Shown here: positions 16,801 to 31,800 of the stretch, piece by piece
Layout of the letters: every line of letters begins with the position of its first letter
Numbering within the stretch: position 1 is the stretch's first letter
NCBI GenBank assembly: GCA_964247055.1
Contig: OZ176058.1
Location: forward strand, 4,588,001 to 4,652,000
DNA from: Paragordius varius
Taxonomy: Eukaryota > Animalia > Nematomorpha
Direction of reading: 5' to 3'
DNA: 64,000 nucleotides
Program-made: the position numbers and the translations under genes
Notes under the pieces: model-generated
Seen by the model: only the letters and a program-made list of their open reading frames with translations
Databases searched by the model: none
What the model was told of the DNA's origin: nothing

Positions 16801-19800
16801 TTTACATTTTGTCCGTATCTTTTTATATTTTGTCTGTATCTTTTTATATTTTGTCTGTATCTTTTTACATTTTGTCCGTATAAATTTACATTTTGTCCGT
16901 ATCTTTTTATATTTTGTCCGTATATTTTTACATTTTGTCCGTATATTTTTATATTTTGTCTGTATCTTTTTACATTTTGTCTGTATCTTTTTACATTTTG
17001 TCTGTATCTTTTTACATTTTGTCTGTATCTTTTTACATTTTGTCTGTATCTTTTTACATTTTGTCTGTATCTTTTTACATTTTGTCCGTATCTTTTTATA
17101 TTTTGTCTGTATCTTTTTATATTTTGTCTGTATCTTTTTACATTTTGTCATTAGTATATTTTTACATTTTGTCCGTATCTTTTTACATTTTGTCTGTATC
17201 TTTTTACATTTTGTCTGTATCTTTTTACATTTTGTCTGTATCTTTTTACATTTTGTCTGTATCTTTTTACATTTTGTCTGTATCTTTTTACATTTTGTCT
17301 GTATCTTTTTACATTTTGTCTGTATCTTTTTACATTTTGTCTGTATCTTTTTACATTTTGTCTGTATCTTTTTACATTTTGTCTGTATCTTTTTACATTT
17401 TGTCTGTATCTTTTTACATTTTGTCCGTATATTTTTATATTTTGTCTGTATCTTTTTACATTTTGTCTGTATCTTTTTACATTTTGTCTGTATCTTTTTA
17501 CATTTTGTCTGTATCTTTTTACATTTTGTCCGTATCTTTTTATATTTTGTCTGTATCTTTTTATATTTTGTCTGTATCTTTTTACATTTTGTCCGTATAA
17601 ATTTACATTTTGTCCGTATCTTTTTATATTTTGTCCGTATATTTTTACATTTTGTCCGTATATTTTTATATTTTGTCTGTATATTTTTACATTTTGTCCG
17701 TATCTTTTTATATTTTGTCTGTATCTTTTTACATTTTGTCTGTATCTTTTTACATTTTGTCCGTATATTTTTATATTTTGTCTGTATCTTTTTACATTTT
17801 GTCTGTATCTTTTTACATTTTGTCCGTATCTTTTTATATTTTGTCTGTATCTTTTTACATTTTGTCTGTATCTTTTTACATTTTGTCCGTATATTTTTAT
17901 ATTTTGTCTGTATCTTTTTACATTTTGTCTGTATCTTTTTACATTTTGTCTGTATCTTTTTACATTTTGTCTGTATCTTTTTACATTTTGTCCGTATATT
18001 TTTATATTTTGTCTGTATCTTTTTACATTTTGTCTGTATCTTTTTACATTTTGTCTGTATCTTTTTACATTTTGTCTGTATCTTTTTACATTTTGTCTGT
18101 ATCTTTTTACATTTTGTCCGTATATTTTTATATTTTGTCTGTATCTTTTTACATTTTGTCTGTATCTTTTTACATTTTGTCTGTATCTTTTTACATTTTG
18201 TCTGTATCTTTTTACATTTTGTCTGTATATTTTTACATTTTGTCTGTATCTTTTTACATTTTGTCTGTATCTTTTTACATTTTGTCTGTATCTTTTTACA
18301 TTTTGTCCGTATATTTTTATATTTTGTCTGTATCTTTTTACATTTTGTCTGTATCTTTTTACATTTTGTCTGTATCTTTTTACATTTTGTCTGTATCTTT
18401 TTACATTTTGTCCGTATATTTTTATATTTTGTCTGTATCTTTTTACATTTTGTCTGTATCTTTTTACATTTTGTCTGTATCTTTTTACATTTTGTCTGTA
18501 TCTTTTTACATTTTGTCTGTATCTTTTTACATTTTGTCTGTATCTTTTTACATTTTGTCTGTATCTTTTTACATTTTGTCTGTATCTTTTTACATTTTGT
18601 CTGTATCTTTTTACATTTTGTCTGTATCTTTTTACATTTTGTCTGTATCTTTTTACATTTTGTCTGTATCTTTTTACATTTTGTCTGTATCTTTTTACAT
18701 TTTGTCTGTATCTTTTTACATTTTGTCTGTATCTTTTTACATTTTGTCTGTATCTTTTTACATTTTGTCTGTATCTTTTTACATTTTGTCTGTATCTTTT
18801 TACATTTTGTCCGTATATTTTTATATTTTGTCTGTATCTTTTTACATTTTGTCTGTATCTTTTTACATTTTGTCTGTATCTTTTTACATTTTGTCTGTAT
18901 CTTTTTACATTTTGTCCGTATATTTTTATATTTTGTCTGTATCTTTTTACATTTTGTCTGTATCTTTTTACATTTTGTCTGTATCTTTTTACATTTTGTC
19001 TGTATCTTTTTACATTTTGTCTGTATCTTTTTACATTTTGTCTGTATCTTTTTACATTTTGTCTGTATCTTTTTACATTTTGTCTGTATCTTTTTACATT
19101 TTGTCTGTATCTTTTTACATTTTGTCTGTATCTTTTTACATTTTGTCCGTATATTTTTATATTTTGTCTGTATCTTTTTACATTTTGTCTGTATCTTTTT
19201 ACATTTTGTCTGTATCTTTTTACATTTTGTCTGTATCTTTTTACATTTTGTCCGTATATTTTTATATTTTGTCTGTATCTTTTTACATTTTGTCTGTATC
19301 TTTTTACATTTTGTCTGTATCTTTTTACATTTTGTCTGTATCTTTTTACATTTTGTCTGTATCTTTTTACATTTTGTCTGTATATTTTTACATTTTGTCT
19401 GTATATTTTTACATTTTGTCTGTATCTTTTTACATTTTGTCAATAGTATATTTTTACATTTTGTCTGTATCTTTTTACATTTTGTCAATAGTATCTTTTT
19501 ACATTTTGTCTGTATATTTTTACATTTTGTCTGTATCTTTTTACATTTTGTCTGTATCTTTTTACATTTTGTCCGTATCTTTTTACATTTTGTCAATAGT
19601 ATATTTTTACATTTTGTCAATAGTATCTTTTTTACATTTTGTCTGTATATTTTTACATTTTGTCCGTATCTTTTTACATTTTGTCAATAGTATATTTTTA
19701 CATTTTGTCAATAGTATCTTTTTACATTTTGTCTGTATATTTTTACATTTTGTCTGTATCTTTTTACATTTTGTCTGTATCTTTTTACATTTTGTCAATA

Positions 19801-22800
19801 GTATATTTTTACATTTTGTCCGTATATTTTTACATTTTGTCAATAGTATCTTTTTACATTTTGTCCGTATATTCTTACATTTGTCTGTATCTTTTTACAT
19901 TTTGTCCGTATCTTTTTACATTTTGTCCGTATATTTTTACATTTTGTCCGTATTTTTACATTTTGTCTGTATATTTTTACATTTTGTCCGTATCTTTTTA
20001 CATTTTGTCCGTATATTTGATTTTGTCTGTATATTTTTACATTTTGTCTGTATATTTTTACATTTTGTCCGTATATTTTTACATTTTGTCCGTATCTTTT
20101 TACATTTTGTCCGTATATTTTTACATTTTGTCTGTATATTTTTACATTTTGTCCGTATATTTTTACATTTTGTCTGTATCTTTTTACATTTCGTCCGTAT
20201 CTTTTTACATTTTGTCCGTATCTTTTTACATTTTGTCCGTATCTTTTTACATTTTGTCCGTATATTTTTACATTTTGTCAATAGTATATTTTTACATTTT
20301 GTCCGTATATTTTTACATTTTGTCTGTATCTTTTTACATTTTGTCCGTATCTTTTTACATTTTGTCTGTATCTTTTTACATTTTGTCCGTATCTTTTTAC
20401 ATTTTGTCTGTATCTTTTTACATTTTGTCTGTATCTTTTTACATTTTGTCCGTATCTTTTTACATTTTGTCCGTATCTTTTTACATTTTGTCCGTATCTT
20501 TTTACATTTTGTCTGTCTATTTTTACATTTTGTCTGTATCTTTTTACATTTTGTCAATAGTATCTTTTTACATTTTGTCAATAGTATCTTTTTACATTTT
20601 GTCTGTATCTTTTTACATTTTGTCAATAGTATCTTTTTACATTTTGTCTGTATCTTTTTACATTTTGTCAATAGTATCTTTTTACATTTTGTCTGTATCT
20701 TTTTACATTTTGTCTGTATCTTTTTACATTTTGTCTGTATCTTTTTACATTTTGTCTGTATCTTTTTACATTTTGTCTGTATCTTTTAACATTTTGTCAA
20801 TAGTATATTTTTACATTTTGTCCGTATCTTTTTACATTTTGTCCGTATCTTTTTACATTTTGTCCGTATCTTTTTACATTTTGTCCGTATCTTTTTACAT
20901 TTTGTCCGTATCTTTTTACATTTTGTCCGTATCTTTTTACATTTTGTCCGTATCTTTTTACATTTTGTCCGTATCTTTTTACATTTTGTCTGTCTATTTT
21001 TACATTTTGTCTGTCTATTTTTACATTTTGTCTGTCTATTTTTACATTTTGTCTGTATCTTTTTACATTTTGTCAATAGTATCTTTTTACATTTTGTCTG
21101 TATCTTTTTACATTTTGTCAATAGTATCTTTTTACATTTTGTCAATAGTATCTTTTTACATTTTGTCAATAGTATATTTTTACATTTTGTCCGTATCTTT
21201 TTACATTTTGTCTGTATCTTTTTACATTTTGTCCGTATCTTTTTACATTTTGTCTGTATCTTTTTACATTTTGTCTGTATCTTTTTACATTTTGTCAATA
21301 GTATCTTTTTACATTTTGTCTGTATCTTTTTACATTTTGTCCGTATCTTTTTACATTTTGTCCGTATCTTTTTACATTTTGTCTGTCTATTTTTACATTT
21401 TGTCTGTCTATTTTTACATTTTGTCTGTATCTTTTTACATTTTGTCTGTATCTTTTTACATTTTGTCCGTATCTTTTTACATTTTGTCTGTATCTTTTTA
21501 CATTTTGTCCGTATCTTTTTACATTTTGTCCGTATCTTTTTACATTTTGTCCGTATCTTTTTACATTTTGTCCGTATCTTTTTACATTTTGTCCGTATCT
21601 TTTTACATTTTGTCAATAGTATCTTTTTACATTTTGTCGGTATCTTTTTACATTTTGTCCGTATCTTTTTACATTTTGTCCGTATCTTTTTACATTTTGT
21701 CCGTATCTTTTTACATTTTGTCTGTCTATTTTTACATTTTGTCTGTCTATTTTTACATTTTGTCTGTATCTTTTTACATTTTGTCAATAGTATCTTTTTA
21801 CATTTTGTCTGTATCTTTTTACATTTTGTCAATAGTATCTTTTTACATTTTGTCAATAGTATCTTTTTACATTTTGTCTGTATCTTTTTACATTTTGTCT
21901 GTATCTTTTTACATTTTGTCCGTATCTTTTTACATTTTGTCTGTATCTTTTTACATTTTGTCTGTATCTTTTTACATTTTGTCTGTATCTTTTTACATTT
22001 TGTCTGTATCTTTTTACATTTTGTCTGTATCTTTTTACATTTTGTCCGTATCTTTTTACATTTTGTCCGTATCTTTTTACATTTTGTCTGTCTATTTTTA
22101 CATTTTGTCTGTCTATTTTTACATTTTGTCTGTATCTTTTTACATTTTGTCTGTATCTTTTTACATTTTGTCCGTATCTTTTTACATTTTGTCCGTATCT
22201 TTTTACATTTTGTCCGTATCTTTTTACATTTTGTCCGTATCTTTTTACATTTTGTCCGTATCTTTTTACATTTTGTCCGTATCTTTTTACATTTTGTCCG
22301 TATCTTTTTACATTTTGTCCGTATCTTTTTACATTTTGTCCGTATCTTTTTACATTTTGTCTGTATCTTTTTACATTTTGTCCGTATATTTTTACATTTT
22401 GTCCGTATCTTTTTACATTTTGTCCGTATATTTTTACATTTTGTCCGTATCTTTTTACATTTTGTCCGTATCTTTTTACATTTTGTCCGTATCTTTTTAC
22501 ATTTTGTCCGTATCTTTTTACATTTTGTCCGTATCTTTTTTTTTGTCTGTATCTTTTGACATTTTGTCCGTATCTTTTTACATTTTGTCAATAGTATATT
22601 TTTACATTTTGTCCGTATCTTTTTACATTTTGTCAATAGTATATTTTTACATTTTGTCCGTATCTTTTTACATTTTTTCCGTATCTTTTTACATTTTGTC
22701 TGTATCTTTTTACATTTTGTCCGTATCTTTTTACATTTTGTCAATAGTATCTTTTTACATTTTGTCTGTATCTTTTTACATTTTGTCCGTATCTTTTTAC

Positions 22801-25800
22801 ATTTTGTCCGTATCTTTTTACATTTTGTCTGTATCTTTTTACATTTTGTCCGTATCTTTTTACATTTTGTCAATAGTATATTTTAACATTTTGTCCGTAT
22901 CTTTTTACATTTTGTCTGTATCTTTTTACATTTTGTCCGTATCTTTTTACATTTTGTCCGTATCTTTTTACATTTTGTCTGTATCTTTTTACATTTTGTC
23001 TGTATCTTTTTACATTTTGTCCGTATCTTTTTACATTTTGTCCGTATCTTTTTACATTTTGTCTGTATCTTTTTACATTTTGTCAATAGTATATTTTTAC
23101 ATTTTGTCCGTATCTTTTTACATTTTGTCTGTATCTTTTTACATTTTGTCAATAGTATCTTTTTACATTTTGTCCGTATCTTTTTACATTTTGTCTGTAT
23201 CTTTTTACATTTTGTCCGTATATTTTTACATTTTGTCCGTATCTTTTTACATTTTGTCTGTATCTTTTTACATTTTGTCAATAGTATCTTTTTACATTTT
23301 GTCCGTATCTTTTTACATTTTGTCTGTATCTTTTTACATTTTGTCCGTATCTTTTTACATTTTGTCCGTATATTTTTACATTTTGTCCGTATCTTTTTAC
23401 ATTTTGTCTGTATCTTTTTACATTTTGTCCGTATCTTTTTACATTTTGTCCGTATCTTTTTACACTTTGTCTGTATCTTTTTACATTTTGTCAATAGTAT
23501 CTTTTTACATTTTGTCTGTATCTTTTTACATTTTGTCAATAGTATCTTTTTACATTTTGTCCGTATCTTTTTACATTTTGTCTGTATCTTTTTACATTTT
23601 GTCTGTATCTTTTTACATTTTGTCCGTATCTTTTTACATTTTGTCTGTATCTTTTTACATTTTGTCAATAGTATATTTTTACATTTTGTCCGTATCTTTT
23701 TACATTTTGTCCGTATATTTTTACATTTTGTCCGTATCTTTTTACATTTTGTCTGTATCTTTTTACATTTTGTCAATAGTATATTTTTACATTTTGTCTG
23801 TATCTTTTTACATTTTGTCTGTATCTTTTTACATTTTGTCTGTATCTTTTTACATTTTGTCCGTATATTTTTACATTTTGTCCGTATCTTTTTACATTTT
23901 GTCCGTATCTTTTTACATTTTGTCTGTATCTTTTTACATTTTGTCCGTATATTTTTACATTTTGTCCGTATCTTTTTACATTTTGTCTGTATATTTTTAC
24001 ATTTTGTCCGTATATTTTTACATTTTGTCCGTATCTTTTTACATTTTGTCCGTATATTTTTACATTTTGTCTGTATATTTTTACATTTTGTCCGTATATT
24101 TTTACATTTTGTCTGTATCTTTTTACATTTCGTCCGTATCTTTTTACATTTTGTCCGTATCTTTTTACATTTTGTCCGTATATTTTTACATTTTGTCCGT
24201 ATTTTTACATTTTGTCTGTATATTTTTACATTTTGTCCGTATCTTTTTACATTTTGTCCGTATATTTGATTTTGTCTGTATATTTTTACATTTTGTCTGT
24301 ATATTTTTACATTTTGTCCGTATATTTTTACATTTTGTCCGTATCTTTTTACATTTTGTCCGTATATTTTTACATTTTGTCTGTATATTTTTACATTTTG
24401 TCCGTATATTTTTACATTTTGTCTGTATCTTTTTACATTTCGTCCGTATCTTTTTACATTTTGTCCGTATCTTTTTACATTTTGTCCGTATCTTTTTACA
24501 TTTTGTCCGTATATTTTTACATTTTGTCAATAGTATATTTTTACATTTTGTCCGTATATTTTTACATTTTGTCTGTATCTTTTTACATTTTGTCCGTATC
24601 TTTTTACATTTTGTCTGTATCTTTTTACATTTTGTCCGTATCTTTTTACATTTTGTCTGTATCTTTTTACATTTTGTCTGTATCTTTTTACATTTTGTCC
24701 GTATCTTTTTACATTTTGTCCGTATCTTTTTACATTTTGTCCGTATCTTTTTACATTTTGTCTGTCTATTTTTACATTTTGTCTGTATCTTTTTACATTT
24801 TGTCAATAGTATCTTTTTACATTTTGTCAATAGTATCTTTTTACATTTTGTCTGTATCTTTTTACATTTTGTCAATAGTATCTTTTTACATTTTGTCTGT
24901 ATCTTTTTACATTTTGTCAATAGTATCTTTTTACATTTTGTCTGTATCTTTTTACATTTTGTCTGTATCTTTTTACATTTTGTCTGTATCTTTTTACATT
25001 TTGTCTGTATCTTTTTACATTTTGTCTGTATCTTTTAACATTTTGTCAATAGTATATTTTTACATTTTGTCCGTATCTTTTTACATTTTGTCCGTATCTT
25101 TTTACATTTTGTCCGTATCTTTTTACATTTTGTCCGTATCTTTTTACATTTTGTCCGTATCTTTTTACATTTTGTCCGTATCTTTTTACATTTTGTCCGT
25201 ATCTTTTTACATTTTGTCCGTATCTTTTTACATTTTGTCTGTCTATTTTTACATTTTGTCTGTCTATTTTTACATTTTGTCTGTCTATTTTTACATTTTG
25301 TCTGTATCTTTTTACATTTTGTCAATAGTATCTTTTTACATTTTGTCTGTATCTTTTTACATTTTGTCAATAGTATCTTTTTACATTTTGTCAATAGTAT
25401 CTTTTTACATTTTGTCAATAGTATATTTTTACATTTTGTCCGTATCTTTTTACATTTTGTCTGTATCTTTTTACATTTTGTCCGTATCTTTTTACATTTT
25501 GTCTGTATCTTTTTACATTTTGTCTGTATCTTTTTACATTTTGTCAATAGTATCTTTTTACATTTTGTCTGTATCTTTTTACATTTTGTCCGTATCTTTT
25601 TACATTTTGTCCGTATCTTTTTACATTTTGTCTGTCTATTTTTACATTTTGTCTGTCTATTTTTACATTTTGTCTGTATCTTTTTACATTTTGTCTGTAT
25701 CTTTTTACATTTTGTCCGTATCTTTTTACATTTTGTCTGTATCTTTTTACATTTTGTCCGTATCTTTTTACATTTTGTCCGTATCTTTTTACATTTTGTC

Positions 25801-28800
25801 CGTATCTTTTTACATTTTGTCCGTATCTTTTTACATTTTGTCCGTATCTTTTTACATTTTGTCAATAGTATCTTTTTACATTTTGTCGGTATCTTTTTAC
25901 ATTTTGTCCGTATCTTTTTACATTTTGTCCGTATCTTTTTACATTTTGTCCGTATCTTTTTACATTTTGTCTGTCTATTTTTACATTTTGTCTGTCTATT
26001 TTTACATTTTGTCTGTATCTTTTTACATTTTGTCAATAGTATCTTTTTACATTTTGTCTGTATCTTTTTACATTTTGTCAATAGTATCTTTTTACATTTT
26101 GTCAATAGTATCTTTTTACATTTTGTCTGTATCTTTTTACATTTTGTCTGTATCTTTTTACATTTTGTCCGTATCTTTTTACATTTTGTCTGTATCTTTT
26201 TACATTTTGTCTGTATCTTTTTACATTTTGTCTGTATCTTTTTACATTTTGTCTGTATCTTTTTACATTTTGTCTGTATCTTTTTACATTTTGTCCGTAT
26301 CTTTTTACATTTTGTCCGTATCTTTTTACATTTTGTCTGTCTATTTTTACATTTTGTCTGTCTATTTTTACATTTTGTCTGTATCTTTTTACATTTTGTC
26401 TGTATCTTTTTACATTTTGTCCGTATCTTTTTACATTTTGTCCGTATCTTTTTACATTTTGTCCGTATCTTTTTACATTTTGTCCGTATCTTTTTACATT
26501 TTGTCCGTATCTTTTTACATTTTGTCCGTATCTTTTTACATTTTGTCCGTATCTTTTTACATTTTGTCCGTATCTTTTTACATTTTGTCCGTATCTTTTT
26601 ACATTTTGTCTGTATCTTTTTACATTTTGTCCGTATATTTTTACATTTTGTCCGTATCTTTTTACATTTTGTCCGTATATTTTTACATTTTGTCCGTATC
26701 TTTTTACATTTTGTCCGTATCTTTTTACATTTTGTCCGTATCTTTTTACATTTTGTCCGTATCTTTTTACATTTTGTCCGTATCTTTTTTTTTGTCTGTA
26801 TCTTTTGACATTTTGTCCGTATCTTTTTACATTTTGTCAATAGTATATTTTTACATTTTGTCCGTATCTTTTTACATTTTGTCAATAGTATATTTTTACA
26901 TTTTGTCCGTATCTTTTTACATTTTTTCCGTATCTTTTTACATTTTGTCTGTATCTTTTTACATTTTGTCCGTATCTTTTTACATTTTGTCAATAGTATC
27001 TTTTTACATTTTGTCTGTATCTTTTTACATTTTGTCCGTATCTTTTTACATTTTGTCCGTATCTTTTTACATTTTGTCTGTATCTTTTTACATTTTGTCC
27101 GTATCTTTTTACATTTTGTCAATAGTATATTTTAACATTTTGTCCGTATCTTTTTACATTTTGTCTGTATCTTTTTACATTTTGTCCGTATCTTTTTACA
27201 TTTTGTCCGTATCTTTTTACATTTTGTCTGTATCTTTTTACATTTTGTCTGTATCTTTTTACATTTTGTCCGTATCTTTTTACATTTTGTCCGTATCTTT
27301 TTACATTTTGTCTGTATCTTTTTACATTTTGTCAATAGTATATTTTTACATTTTGTCCGTATCTTTTTACATTTTGTCTGTATCTTTTTACATTTTGTCA
27401 ATAGTATCTTTTTACATTTTGTCCGTATCTTTTTACATTTTGTCTGTATCTTTTTACATTTTGTCCGTATATTTTTACATTTTGTCCGTATCTTTTTACA
27501 TTTTGTCTGTATCTTTTTACATTTTGTCAATAGTATCTTTTTACATTTTGTCCGTATCTTTTTACATTTTGTCTGTATCTTTTTACATTTTGTCCGTATC
27601 TTTTTACATTTTGTCCGTATATTTTTACATTTTGTCCGTATCTTTTTACATTTTGTCTGTATCTTTTTACATTTTGTCCGTATCTTTTTACATTTTGTCC
27701 GTATCTTTTTACACTTTGTCTGTATCTTTTTACATTTTGTCAATAGTATCTTTTTACATTTTGTCTGTATCTTTTTACATTTTGTCAATAGTATCTTTTT
27801 ACATTTTGTCCGTATCTTTTTACATTTTGTCTGTATCTTTTTACATTTTGTCTGTATCTTTTTACATTTTGTCCGTATCTTTTTACATTTTGTCTGTATC
27901 TTTTTACATTTTGTCAATAGTATATTTTTACATTTTGTCCGTATCTTTTTACATTTTGTCCGTATATTTTTACATTTTGTCCGTATCTTTTTACATTTTG
28001 TCTGTATCTTTTTACATTTTGTCAATAGTATATTTTTACATTTTGTCTGTATCTTTTTACATTTTGTCTGTATCTTTTTACATTTTGTCTGTATCTTTTT
28101 ACATTTTGTCCGTATATTTTTACATTTTGTCCGTATCTTTTTACATTTTGTCCGTATCTTTTTACATTTTGTCTGTATCTTTTTACATTTTGTCCGTATA
28201 TTTTTACATTTTGTCCGTATCTTTTTACATTTTGTCTGTATCTTTTTACATTTTGTCCGTATCTTTTTACATTTTGTCTGTATCTTTTTACATTTTGTCC
28301 GTATATTTTTACATTTTGTCCGTATCTTTTTACATTTTGTCTGTATCTTTTTACATTTTGTCAATAGTATCTTTTTACATTTTGTCTGTATCTTTTTACA
28401 TTTTGTCAATAGTATATTTTTACATTTTGTCCGTATCTTTTTACATTTTGTCTGTATCTTTTTACATTTTGTCCGTATCTTTTTACATTTTGTCCGTATC
28501 TTTTTACATTTTGTCCGTATCTTTTTACATTTTGTCAATAGTATCTTTTTACATTTTGTCCGTATCTTTTTACATTTTGTCCGTATCTTTTTACATTTTG
28601 TCTGTATCTTTTTACATTTTGTCTGTATCTTTTTACATTTTGTCAATAGTATCTTTTTACATTTTGTCTGTATCTTTTTACATTTTGTCCGTATCTTTTT
28701 ACATTTTGTCAATAGTATCTTTTTACATTTTGTCCGTATCTTTTTACATTTTGTCTGTATCTTTTTACATTTTGTCCGTATCTTTTTACATTTGTCCGTA

Positions 28801-31800
28801 TCTTTTTACATTTTGTCCGTATCTTTTTACATTTTGTCTGTATCTTTTTACATTTTGTCAATAGTATCTTTTTACATTTTGTCTGTATCTTTTTACATTT
28901 TGTCCGTATCTTTTTACATTTTGTCAATAGTATCTTTTTACATTTTGTCCGTATCTTTTTACATTTTGTCTGTATCTTTTTACATTTTGTCAATAGTATC
29001 TTTTTACATTTTGTCTGTATCTTTTTACATTTTGTCAATAGTATATTTTTACATTTTGTCCGTATCTTTTTACATTTTGTCTGTATCTTTTTACATTTTG
29101 TCCGTATCTTTTTACATTTTGTCCGTATCTTTTTACATTTTGTCCGTATCTTTTTACATTTTGTCAATAGTATCTTTTTACATTTTGTCCGTATCTTTTT
29201 ACATTTTGTCCGTATCTTTTTACATTTTGTCTGTATCTTTTTACATTTTGTCAATAGTATCTTTTTACATTTTGTCTGTATATTTTTACATTTTGTCCGT
29301 ATCTTTTTACATTTTGTCAATAGTATCTTTTTACATTTTGTCCGTATCTTTTTACATTTTGTCTGTATCTTTTTACATTTTGTCCGTATCTTTTTACATT
29401 TGTCCGTATCTTTTTACATTTTGTCCGTATCTTTTTACATTTTGTCTGTCTATTTTTACATTTTGTCTGTATCTTTTTACATTTTGTCAATAGTATCTTT
29501 TTACATTTTGTCTGTATCTTTTTACATTTTGTCAATAGTATCTTTTTACATTTTGTCAATAGTATCTTTTTACATTTTGTCTGTATCTTTTTACATTTTG
29601 TCAATAGTATCTTTTTACATTTTGTCTGTATCTTTTTACATTTTGTCTGTATCTTTTTACATTTTGTCTGTATCTTTTTACATTTTGTCTGTATCTTTTT
29701 ACATTTTGTCCGTATCTTTTTACATTTTGTCTGTATCTTTTTACATTTTGTCTGTATCTTTTTACATTTTGTCCGTATCTTTTTACATTTTGTCCGTATC
29801 TTTTTACATTTTGTCCGTATCTTTTTACATTTTGTCTGTATCTTTTTACATTTTGTCTGTATCTTTTTACATTTTGTCAATAGTATATTTTTACATTTTG
29901 TCTGTATCTTTTTACATTTTGTCCGTATCTTTTTACATTTTGTCCGTATCTTTTTACATTTTGTCCGTATCTTTTTACATTTTGTCCGTATCTTTTTACA
30001 TTTTGTCCGTATCTTTTTACATTTTGTCCGTATCTTTTTACATTTTGTCAATAGTATCTTTTTACATTTTGTCTGTATCTTTTTACATTTTGTCCGTATC
30101 TTTTTACATTTTGTCCGTATCTTTTTACATTTTGTCCGTATCTTTTTACATTTTGTCAATAGTATCTTTTTACATTTTGTCTGTATCTTTTTACATTTTG
30201 TCAATAGTATCTTTTTACATTTTGTCAATAGTATCTTTTTACATTTTGTCTGTATCTTTTTACATTTTGTCTGTATCTTTTTACATTTTGTCCGTATCTT
30301 TTTACATTTTGTCTGTATCTTTTTACATTTTGTCCGTATCTTTTTACATTTTGTCAATAGTATCTTTTTACATTTTGTCTGTATCTTTTTACATTTTGTC
30401 AATAGTATCTTTTTACATTTTGTCAATAGTATCTTTTTACATTTTGTCTGTATCTTTTTACATTTTGTCTGTATCTTTTTACATTTTGTCCGTATCTTTT
30501 TACATTTTGTCTGTATCTTTTTACATTTTGTCTGTATCTTTTTACATTTTGTCTGTATCTTTTTACATTTTGTCCGTATCTTTTTACATTTTGTCTGTAT
30601 CTTTTTACATTTTGTCCGTATCTTTTTACATTTTGTCTGTATCTTTTTACATTTTGTCCGTATCTTTTTACATTTGTCCGTATCTTTTTACATTTTGTCC
30701 GTATCTTTTTACATTTTGTCTGTATCTTTTTACATTTTGTCAATAGTATCTTTTTACATTTTGTCAATAGTATCTTTTTACATTTTGTCTGTATCTTTTT
30801 ACATTTTGTCTGTATCTTTTTACATTTTGTCCGTATCTTTTTACATTTTGTCTGTATCTTTTTACATTTTGTCCGTATCTTTTTACATTTTGTCCGTATC
30901 TTTTTACATTTGTCCGTATCTTTTTACATTTTGTCCGTATCTTTTTACATTTTGTCTGTATCTTTTTACATTTTGTCAATAGTATCTTTTTACATTTTGT
31001 CCGTATCTTTTTACATTTTGTCTGTATCTTTTTACATTTTGTCCGTATCTTTTTACATTTTGTCCGTATCTTTTTACATTTTGTCCGTATCTTTTTACAT
31101 TTGTCCGTATCTTTTTACATTTTGTCCGTATCTTTTTACATTTTGTCTGTATCTTTTTACATTTTGTCAATAGTATCTTTTTACATTTTGTCCGTATCTT
31201 TTTACATTTTGTCCGTATCTTTTTACATTTTGTCTGTATCTTTTTACATTTTGTCAATAGTATCTTTTTACATTTTGTCTGTATCTTTTTACATTTTGTC
31301 AATAGTATCTTTTTACATTTTGTCAATAGTATCTTTTTACATTTTGTCTGTATCTTTTTACATTTTGTCTGTATCTTTTTACATTTTGTCCGTATCTTTT
31401 TACATTTTGTCTGTATCTTTTTACATTTTGTCCGTATCTTTTTACATTTTGTCAATAGTATCTTTTTACATTTTGTCTGTATCTTTTTACATTTTGTCAA
31501 TAGTATCTTTTTACATTTTGTCAATAGTATCTTTTTACATTTTGTCTGTATCTTTTTACATTTTGTCAATAGTATATTTTTACATTTTGTCCGTATCTTT
31601 TTACATTTTGTCTGTATCTTTTTACATTTTGTCCGTATCTTTTTACATTTTGTCCGTATCTTTTTACATTTTGTCCGTATCTTTTTACATTTTGTCCGTA
31701 TCTTTTTACATTTTGTCAATAGTATCTTTTTACATTTTGTCCGTATCTTTTTACATTTTGTCCGTATCTTTTTACATTTTGTCTGTATCTTTTTACATTT

